From a virus: DNA of 64,000 nucleotides. Location of the stretch: the IMG/VR virus record IMGVR_UViG_3300012933_000155, positions 71,079 to 135,078 of that record; one strand, written 5' to 3'. Position 1 is the stretch's first letter; each line of letters begins with the position of its first letter. The translations under genes were made by a program, and so were the position numbers. Positions 47,101-53,654 of this stretch are shown here, piece by piece. The notes below the pieces were generated by a model that was not told the DNA's origin, ran no database searches, and saw only the letters and a list, made by a program, of their open reading frames with translations.

Positions 47101-47639
47101 CTTGGTTAGCGGCTGCTGGTACACGCCGTGGTAACATCGACAATGCTACAAACATTGGTTATATCGATGCAGCTACTGGTGAATTCCAGACAGTTAAGAA
47201 CAGAATGGGTATTCGTGACGTATTGTACTCAAATCAAATCAACCCATTGGCATTCTTCACTGGTGTTGGCTTGTTGAACTACGGTAACAAGAACGCACAA
47301 GATACACAGTCTGCTATGGACAGAACTAACGTTGCTCGTCTAGTCGCTTACATCCGTGAACGTCTACAAGTTGCGGCTCGTCCGTTCGTATTCGAACCAA
47401 ATGACTCGTTAACACGTGGTCAGTTGACAGCAGTTGTTCAGTCACTATTCGTTGACTTGGTTGCTAAACGTGGTCTATATGACTACTTGGTTGTATGTGA
47501 CGAAACAAACAACACTCCTGCTCGTATCGACAGAAACGAATTATGGATTGACGTTGCGATTGAGCCAGTCAAGGCTGCTGAATTCATCTACATCCCGGTT
47601 CGTATTATGAACACAGGTGAGATTGCAGGTCTCAAGTAA
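44130..47639 (+). CDS. gp18: Contractile tail sheath protein (gp18-like), enlarged
   Basis: LVSPGVAVSIIDES N-terminus; YPWLAAAGTRRG, NQINP, FVFEPND, VVCDETNNTPARIDRNELWIDVAIEPVKAAEFIYI. Confidence 0.95.
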   Translation: MANLVSPGVAVSIIDESQYLPGASSSVPLIVVASAQNKLNGAGTGVAAATTAANANKLQLLTSQRDLTTLFGSPFFYKTTTGTPIHGYELNEYGLLAAYSVLGVSNRAYVLRADVDMGALVGKLARPVGDPVDGTYWLDTTNSTWGIYEFNATTGKFTNKLPIVITEASSMVDGFPKDSIGSIGSYAVIPMNITTGPNTAGTYFYKNMQNTWVEVGSKEWKKAIPTVVSGGANVQAGQFSISTSEGQIYTITIGSGDELSDVANYINGLGDSYLEASVVSNKLHIYYAAVGENAHISMTDGAGTPLVFLGLPTTAQFAPAVSAGTSANMPRWTASQEYPHPTGSVWIKTGAAGLGFNALVSKYSSSTASYSLSQTKIYPTIDIASTMLDSTGGKNIPAGTIVGTFSGQIGADAAESYTIPNIIWYKRKTTGPTVVTGTNPAVSFSVAKSINLATSATSTVNYTIPCTGSAEDFVQAVQSQNIPNLTASVSSTGQIVLTHTQGGDIFMGDLVDGQSNGALEELGFINGINTIPAFVQYYQNTNVAYTTESGANAQFSVYNKGTHYTTTVVSGGTNFSTGDTITIKGSEIGGVDNVNDLILTVVNVNGSGSIESVAIASGTPKLLLPPLASNWELLDFVANEGAPASLPANGTPWYYSTASQVDLMINVGGQWVGYGNAGYDNTGFPGHNIANETDAGGVIVSALAPTTQVNGSDLVPGDIWLDSGDLENYPALSRWEVIEDVPQWVAIDNTDQITSKGILFADARWAVSGDVDPVNDPLSTIADLHTSDYLDLDAPDATLYPTGMILFNTRRSGYNVKKFTRNYFTQAKYPNTQLPVYTYTWVSASGLKADGSAYMGRKAQRAMVVQSLKAAIGTNMQIREEDTFFNLIVCPGYPELQPDMVGLNNERNNTAYIIGDTPLRLNDQATDLTAWATNAKGATGTGEEGLVTRDQYLGIFYPSGITSDLTGAAAVVPSSHMMLRTFIRNDTIAYPWLAAAGTRRGNIDNATNIGYIDAATGEFQTVKNRMGIRDVLYSNQINPLAFFTGVGLLNYGNKNAQDTQSAMDRTNVARLVAYIRERLQVAARPFVFEPNDSLTRGQLTAVVQSLFVDLVAKRGLYDYLVVCDETNNTPARIDRNELWIDVAIEPVKAAEFIYIPVRIMNTGEIAGLK

Positions 47640-47645
47640 AAAATG

Positions 47646-47665
47646 ATAGCCCCTTCGGGGGCTAT
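47646..47665 (+). terminator. UUCG hairpin (terminator or processing site) after the sheath gene
   Basis: ATAGCCCC-TTCG-GGGGCTAT; weak T-tract. Confidence 0.55.
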
Positions 47666-47700
47666 TATGTAAGATAAATATATACATAGGAGAATAAAAT

Positions 47701-48327
47701 ATGGCAACAGCCTCTCAATCACTGTTCAATATGACCGTAGCATCTGATGCTTCATCTAATAGTCAAGGTCTATTGATGCCTAAGTTACAATTTCGCTTTA
47801 GAGCGATGTTTTTGAACTTTGGCGTAGGTGGTTCTACACAAGAATTGACTAAGCAAGTTATGGATATCACACGTCCTCAACTATCGTTTGAAGAAGTTAC
47901 ATTAGATGTTTACAACAGCAAAGTTTATCTAGCCGGTAAACATTCATGGTCAGAAACAACTATCAACTTACGTGACGATGCACAAGGCAACGTAACTAAG
48001 TTAGTCGGTCAACAACTACAAAAGCAAATGGACTTTGTTGAACAAGCATCTGCTGCATCTGGTCAAGACTATAAGTTCCAAATCAACTACGAAGTACTTG
48101 ATGGTGGTAACGGAGTATTGACACCTACAGTCCTAGAAACATGGGAATTGTATGGATGCTTCATCAAGACAGTTAACTATAACAATATGGATTACAAATC
48201 AAATGAACCAGCAACAATTCAGTTGCAAGTTCGTTTCGATAACGCAATTCAGTCCCCATTGGCTTCTGGCTTGGGTACTACTGTTGGTCGTGCTTTCGGT
48301 GGTTCTTCAGTAACTGGTATCGGTTAA
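47701..48327 (+). CDS. gp19: Tail tube protein (gp19-like)
   Basis: Follows the sheath gene; KLQFRFR, YLAGKHSWSETTINLRDD, WELYGCF, VRFDNA. Confidence 0.85.
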   Translation: MATASQSLFNMTVASDASSNSQGLLMPKLQFRFRAMFLNFGVGGSTQELTKQVMDITRPQLSFEEVTLDVYNSKVYLAGKHSWSETTINLRDDAQGNVTKLVGQQLQKQMDFVEQASAASGQDYKFQINYEVLDGGNGVLTPTVLETWELYGCFIKTVNYNNMDYKSNEPATIQLQVRFDNAIQSPLASGLGTTVGRAFGGSSVTGIG

Positions 48328-48333
48328 TAACTA

Positions 48334-49395
48334 ATGTCATTTGTTTCGGATTTATTTAAAGACGGCGCAAAGGCGTTTTTCGGTAATGAATACTTGCGTG
48401 ATTTTCAACACGCAAGTAAAACATTCGTTACCGACCAATACGCCAACGCACCCAAGTTTAAGTTCCTCTTTCATGTTTACTTTGACATAAATCCAGCAAT
48501 TGGCAATTTCATGACCTGGGACAAAAAACAAAACTTCGGTTTGAATGTTAAGAATGTTCAACTTCCGAAGTTTTCTTTTGACCTACATACAATGAATCAG
48601 TACAATCGTAAAAGAATTGTACAAACAAAAATGAAGTTTGACCCTATCAACCTTACTATGCATGATGATAATGCTGGTATGGCGAGAAAACTTTGGCAAG
48701 CGTATAGTTCATATTACTATAAAGATGCCGCACAAGCAGGTGATAATCAACCTACAAACAAATCAGCGGGTACTAGTTCATTTGATATGACTAAGCGTAA
48801 CCAATATGCTGATAGCTTATCTGGATATGATGATTGGGGTTATGTCGGTGAATCTCCATCGGGACAGGTAAAACCTAATTTCTTTAACGCAATCAACGTG
48901 TTTGGCTTCAATCAACACAACTTTGTGTTATATCGTTTAATGAATCCATACATTGAGAGTTTTAGTCACGACACTTATGACTATGCTTCCTCAGACACAA
49001 TGGAACATCAATTAACACTTCAATATGAAAACGTCAAGTACTATGAAGGTAAAGTTGATGGCAAGAAACCTGACGCTATCGTACAAATGTTTGGTGAAGA
49101 AGCTCACTATGATAGAGTTACAAGTCCTAATAGCCGTGCCGGTGGTCAAGCATCTATCTTTGGTCAAGGTGGTTTAGTTGATGCAGGTGGTAGCTTGTTT
49201 GATGACGTAGCAAGTGGTAACTGGCTCAGTGCGATTCAAACTGCAGGTAGAACTGCTAATACCTTTAAGGGTCAAAATCTAAGTCAACTTGCAAAAGGCG
49301 AAGCGTTAACTGGCATTACTAACGCAGCTCAAGGTACACCAAACCGAAATTTACCTTTCTCTTTCCCAACAAGAAACTCGACCGGCGGAAAGTAA
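48334..49395 (+). CDS. Tail-tube-fold baseplate junction/initiator protein (gp48/gp54-like)
   Basis: VQLPKFSF...NQYNRKRIVQTKMKFDPINLTMHDDN...LTLQYE. Confidence 0.6.
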   Translation: MSFVSDLFKDGAKAFFGNEYLRDFQHASKTFVTDQYANAPKFKFLFHVYFDINPAIGNFMTWDKKQNFGLNVKNVQLPKFSFDLHTMNQYNRKRIVQTKMKFDPINLTMHDDNAGMARKLWQAYSSYYYKDAAQAGDNQPTNKSAGTSSFDMTKRNQYADSLSGYDDWGYVGESPSGQVKPNFFNAINVFGFNQHNFVLYRLMNPYIESFSHDTYDYASSDTMEHQLTLQYENVKYYEGKVDGKKPDAIVQMFGEEAHYDRVTSPNSRAGGQASIFGQGGLVDAGGSLFDDVASGNWLSAIQTAGRTANTFKGQNLSQLAKGEALTGITNAAQGTPNRNLPFSFPTRNSTGGK

Positions 49396-49418
49396 TAAAT
49401 ACTTCTACGAGGTAACAC

Positions 49419-49781
49419 ATGGCAAATATCGTAGATGCTCCAATTTCACAACTAGACAGCTCAACAAGGCTGTTTGATTCTTTTTACAATTTCGAGTTAG
49501 TAATCGATGCTAACCGTTATGAAATTGTATACTCAACTCTTTATGAGATTACCAAAAGCAAAACAGTTGCTTCTAATTTTGTAACCATTCTTTTTAGAAT
49601 TTCTGAAACAACAGGTGATGATGTCTTAATATTATTAGACACCTTGAGAAACAAGTCGTTAGATGAAATGAATTATCAGATGGCATTCTATCTGAATAGC
49701 ATCAAAAGTAAAACGACATTGTATGGGATTAACGACCAGCCAGTCCCCAATGAATACGTTCAACGCAACATAATTGTATAA
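49419..49781 (+). CDS. Hypothetical late protein
   Basis: Late promoter 49394; GAGG SD. Confidence 0.6.
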   Translation: MANIVDAPISQLDSSTRLFDSFYNFELVIDANRYEIVYSTLYEITKSKTVASNFVTILFRISETTGDDVLILLDTLRNKSLDEMNYQMAFYLNSIKSKTTLYGINDQPVPNEYVQRNIIV

Positions 49782-50218
49782 TGGCTAAGTACGCACAGGG
49801 TATATTCGTCCCAACTAACCCTGCAAAGTATGTAGGTAATAACAAACCACGATATCGTAGTGGTTGGGAATTCACATTCATGCAGTTTTGCGATAAAAAT
49901 GACCACGTGGTTCAGTGGGCAAGCGAAGCCATTGCAATCCCATATCGTAACCCAATTACTGGTAAATCAGCTAACTACATCCCAGACTTCTTTATTGTCT
50001 ATCAAAACAAGCATGGACAACAGATTGCAGAAGTTGTAGAAATCAAACCCAAGAAACAAAGTCTTATTGAAAGCAAAGTTGCTAATGCTAGAGATAGAGC
50101 AGTTGTTGCAGTAAACCATGCAAAATGGGCAGCAGCAATGGCTTGGTGCAAGCAAGCAAGACTAACGTTTAGAGTTATCACCGAAGATGACCTTTTCTAC
50201 AACGGCAGACGCAAGTAA
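49781..50218 (+). CDS. gp4: Head completion nuclease (T4 gp4-like, TnsA-N fold)
   Basis: YRSGWE, WASE, IPY, YIPDFF, EIKPKKQ, NHAKW, FRVITEDDL. Confidence 0.85.
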   Translation: MAKYAQGIFVPTNPAKYVGNNKPRYRSGWEFTFMQFCDKNDHVVQWASEAIAIPYRNPITGKSANYIPDFFIVYQNKHGQQIAEVVEIKPKKQSLIESKVANARDRAVVAVNHAKWAAAMAWCKQARLTFRVITEDDLFYNGRRK

Positions 50219-50245
50219 TAAATACTACTATTATAGGATAGTAGA

Positions 50246-50737
50246 ATGACAAAGAAACTCAGCGAACTTTTTGAGTTACCGACAACTGATGATGCACAGA
50301 ATGAAGATGTCATCGAGCACCAACAAGTCCAAGAAATAACGGAAGATGCAATCAATACTCTCGATAAGATTGAGAATGCACTGCCTCAAGTTCGCGGTCT
50401 AGAAGCTAGTGATACAGAGATGGATGAACTCGCTCAATTGGCAACGGATTCGTATAAAGATTTGATTGACTTGGGAATGCAAGTTGATAGTAGATTTGCT
50501 AGTGAAATTTTCAACAGTGCAAGTTCATTCTTGGGACATGCTATCACAGCTAAAACAGCTAAAATCAATAAAAAATTGAAAATGTTAGACCTACAGATGA
50601 AGAAAGCAGCTATGGATCATAAGATAGCTACTTCAAAAGGTCCCGAAGAGATTGAAAATACGCCAATGGGTGAAGGTAACTTGCTTGACAGGAACGAGTT
50701 ACTCAAACAAATTTTGGCTAGCAAAAAAACAGATTAA
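50246..50737 (+). CDS. Putative terminase small subunit (gp16-like)
   Basis: All-helical, about 160 aa; late promoter; C-terminal RNELLKQI; adjacent to gp4. Confidence 0.45.
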   Translation: MTKKLSELFELPTTDDAQNEDVIEHQQVQEITEDAINTLDKIENALPQVRGLEASDTEMDELAQLATDSYKDLIDLGMQVDSRFASEIFNSASSFLGHAITAKTAKINKKLKMLDLQMKKAAMDHKIATSKGPEEIENTPMGEGNLLDRNELLKQILASKKTD

Positions 50738-50764
50738 GATAAATAATAAGATAGGAATAAAAAG

Positions 50765-51358
50765 ATGCGTAGCCTAAAACACTATTTAATGGAAAGCACT
50801 AGAACTTATCGCTATACAATTAAGATTGCTGGCGATTTGGACAAGAACTTTCTTGAACTATTCAAGTACAACTTGAATAAATTTGATCCTCTAAAAATCG
50901 AGGATGCAAAGACTACTCCTGTTCAAAAGAGTCCATACGACTTTCCTGAACTAGAGAATGAAACAGTCACAATTATCAAAGCAGAATTTAAGTATCCTGC
51001 TACTGAGCCTATGATTCAGCAAGTTGCACAACATTGCGGTCATAACATCAACAAAATTCGTGTATTTACAACTGACTTTACTGATTCAATCAACAGCGAA
51101 GAAGAAAAGTTTGCTAATGAAAAAGATACAGTCTTACTGACAAACGAAATCTTGAGTGATGGTGGCAAAGAAGCCGGTCAAGCATATGCTAATCAGTATC
51201 TAGACCAAGTTCTTCCTAAAGAACCTAGCATTGATATTCCATATGCAGGTCAAAAAACTCCGACTGCACCTAACACATCTAAAGAAGGAATCAATACTAA
51301 AGGTCCTTTCTCAAGTGTAAAGCGCCCAGAGCGCCCAGCTACTGGAGCTCGTAAATAA
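50765..51358 (+). CDS. Hypothetical late protein
   Basis: MRSLKHYLMES N-terminus; late promoter 50738. Confidence 0.6.
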   Translation: MRSLKHYLMESTRTYRYTIKIAGDLDKNFLELFKYNLNKFDPLKIEDAKTTPVQKSPYDFPELENETVTIIKAEFKYPATEPMIQQVAQHCGHNINKIRVFTTDFTDSINSEEEKFANEKDTVLLTNEILSDGGKEAGQAYANQYLDQVLPKEPSIDIPYAGQKTPTAPNTSKEGINTKGPFSSVKRPERPATGARK

Positions 51359-51359
51359 A

Positions 51360-51572
51360 ATGGTTGACTTTACCGCCAAACAACTATCTTGGATTGTAAT
51401 TAGTGCATGTGGTATTGGTGGCGGTGGCTACCTTACTATGGACTCAAAGATTAAAGAAGTTGACAACAAACTAACAATCAATAGTGTACGTCAAGAAGCG
51501 ATGAACGATAAGATGGCTGATATTGCAAAGCAACTCAGCCGAATCGAAGATAAATTAGATAAGAGAAGATAA
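51360..51572 (+). CDS. Small membrane protein (one TM helix plus coiled coil), holin-like candidate
   Basis: LSWIVISACGIGGGGYL followed by a heptad-rich, basic C-terminus. Confidence 0.4.
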   Translation: MVDFTAKQLSWIVISACGIGGGGYLTMDSKIKEVDNKLTINSVRQEAMNDKMADIAKQLSRIEDKLDKRR

Positions 51573-51581
51573 GGATACGAC

Positions 51582-53564
51582 ATGAAAGACTTATTAAAAT
51601 CCCTAAGCACACTCAGCGAAGGTGAAACAAAAGACACGAAAACAGGTCGTGTTCACAAAGGTAGTTACGGTTCAGAGTATGATACTGACCGTGAAGGCAA
51701 CGAAGTTAAAAAAGCTGCAACAGACGTTAAAAAAGGACGTGGTCGTCCTAAGAAAGACGGCGGCGAAGATAGTCCTAAGTTTGACACATCTGCTTTGAGC
51801 GGAGTCTTCGGCGGCGGTAAGAAGCCAGCTAAACAAGTTGGAACAGTTTCTAAGAAGCATTCATTAAAAGAATTCATCGAATCTATTGAATCTGAAAAAT
51901 CTCAATTAGATGAAGCTGACCAAGTTGAAATCAAACCTGCTCAACAAAATACACAAGTCATTCAACAAGGTGACAAGACATTGGGTACAGTTACAAACCC
52001 GCAACTTGCTAATCAACTTAAACAAGCACTTACTAAAGGCGAAATGTCTTTGGCTACTGATGATCCACAAGGCATGGCTGAAGAAGTTGATACAGGTGAA
52101 TACGATGCTCGTAAACCAGTTAAGAGTCAACCAAAAGGTGATTGGGATAAAGACTTCCGTGAAAAGTTAAAGGCATATGTTAGAGAGTTAGAACATCGCC
52201 AAGCGCAAAAAGCACAAAGTATGGCTGAAGGTAAGAAGCCAGACTTCTTAGACGTTGATAAAGACGGTGACAAGAAAGAATCTTTCAAGAAAGCTGTTGC
52301 TGACAAGTCTAAGAAGAAAGTTGATGAGAGCATTAGTTTCAATGAAATGAATGCTGAAAGTCAAGAAACTGCACAAGAAATGTTAGCTGAATTGCAAGAC
52401 GATATTGAAACGTTTGTCAATACAGGTCATTGCAGCGACAAACTAGAAGCATTCTTGAAAGTTCATGGACATGCTAAAAGAAAAATTGCTGACGAAAGCG
52501 CAGTTAATGATTTTGCTATTCACGGTGTTAAGCCAACTAATGACTTCACTAGAACAGGCACATCAATGGCAGCTCCAAGAGGAACTCCTACAACAGCTAA
52601 TCGTCCAGTTCCTGAACCGACTCCGTTCGGAACAGATCCAATTCAAGCAACAACAGATAGAGCAATTAACTTTATCTCTGGCTTACGTAAGTCATCAAAC
52701 CCATTCTCAGAAAGCAACACTATGAAAGATATGCAAGTGGAAAGCTGGTCATCTCAGCTAGACAGTTTATTAAATGAAGGTATCACTGTATCTTCAAGTC
52801 AAGGTCAACAAGGTGCACCTGATTCAGTTAGCGTAACTGCTACTGAAACTGATGCAGACGCATTGTTATCTGTATTACGTAATGCAGGTATCGGTGGTTT
52901 CGGAGCTGAACCTCAAGCCCCAGAAGTTGGTTACGGTGTAGCCCAAGGTGGTGAAGAAGAATTTGATGGTACAGGAACTGAACCTCAACCAGCCCCAGGT
53001 GTAGTCGGTGACGACAACGACATGTTATCTATGTTGAAAAAGATGGCTGGCATTGAAGGTGGAGATTCAGCAGTAGTTGCCGTAGGTGGTGACGAAGAAG
53101 GTCAAGACTATGAAGATGAAGAAGGTTCGGAAGAACAAGCTCAAACTTTAGAGCCAGCAGACGGTGAAGAAGAATCAGGTGAAGAATCTGGTGAAGAAGA
53201 AAAAACCGACGAAGGTAATGCGTTCACTGGTAAGTTAGCACAAACACCAAAGGGCGGGGAATTCAGCATGGGCGATAAGTCTTACAAAGACAATAGCTCA
53301 TTGGAAGAAGAAGGTCACGACCATGACGAAGAAGAAACATGCAATGAATGCGGTGGCTCAATGTACGAAGGTCATGACTGCAACTCAGAGCAAGTTGAAG
53401 AAGCATATGCAAACGAACCTAACGAAGAAATTGCTAAGTTGAAAGCATTGTTATCTATGGGTAACGATATGCACAGAATGAAGCAAAGTCAAGCGATGGG
53501 TAACCCAGTAAGAGTTGCCGAATCTGATGCGTTGGCTCAGTGGAAAAAGTTAAGCGGTCTATAA
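51582..53564 (+). CDS. Large acidic protein, possible prohead core/internal head protein
   Basis: Extremely E/D-rich; many (L/M/V)xE sites; FLDVDKDGD motif; ends WKKLSGL. Confidence 0.6.
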   Translation: MKDLLKSLSTLSEGETKDTKTGRVHKGSYGSEYDTDREGNEVKKAATDVKKGRGRPKKDGGEDSPKFDTSALSGVFGGGKKPAKQVGTVSKKHSLKEFIESIESEKSQLDEADQVEIKPAQQNTQVIQQGDKTLGTVTNPQLANQLKQALTKGEMSLATDDPQGMAEEVDTGEYDARKPVKSQPKGDWDKDFREKLKAYVRELEHRQAQKAQSMAEGKKPDFLDVDKDGDKKESFKKAVADKSKKKVDESISFNEMNAESQETAQEMLAELQDDIETFVNTGHCSDKLEAFLKVHGHAKRKIADESAVNDFAIHGVKPTNDFTRTGTSMAAPRGTPTTANRPVPEPTPFGTDPIQATTDRAINFISGLRKSSNPFSESNTMKDMQVESWSSQLDSLLNEGITVSSSQGQQGAPDSVSVTATETDADALLSVLRNAGIGGFGAEPQAPEVGYGVAQGGEEEFDGTGTEPQPAPGVVGDDNDMLSMLKKMAGIEGGDSAVVAVGGDEEGQDYEDEEGSEEQAQTLEPADGEEESGEESGEEEKTDEGNAFTGKLAQTPKGGEFSMGDKSYKDNSSLEEEGHDHDEEETCNECGGSMYEGHDCNSEQVEEAYANEPNEEIAKLKALLSMGNDMHRMKQSQAMGNPVRVAESDALAQWKKLSGL

Positions 53565-53580
53565 TAAGAAACCGTATTTT

Positions 53581-53610
53581 AAATAGCTCACTTCGGTGGG
53601 CTATTTTTTT
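53581..53610 (+). terminator. Rho-independent terminator
   Basis: AAATAGCTCAC-TTCG-GTGGGCTATTT plus T-tract. Confidence 0.8.
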
Positions 53611-53654
53611 GGTTTGAAAAACGATAAATACTCTATAAGAGGTATTACATAACC

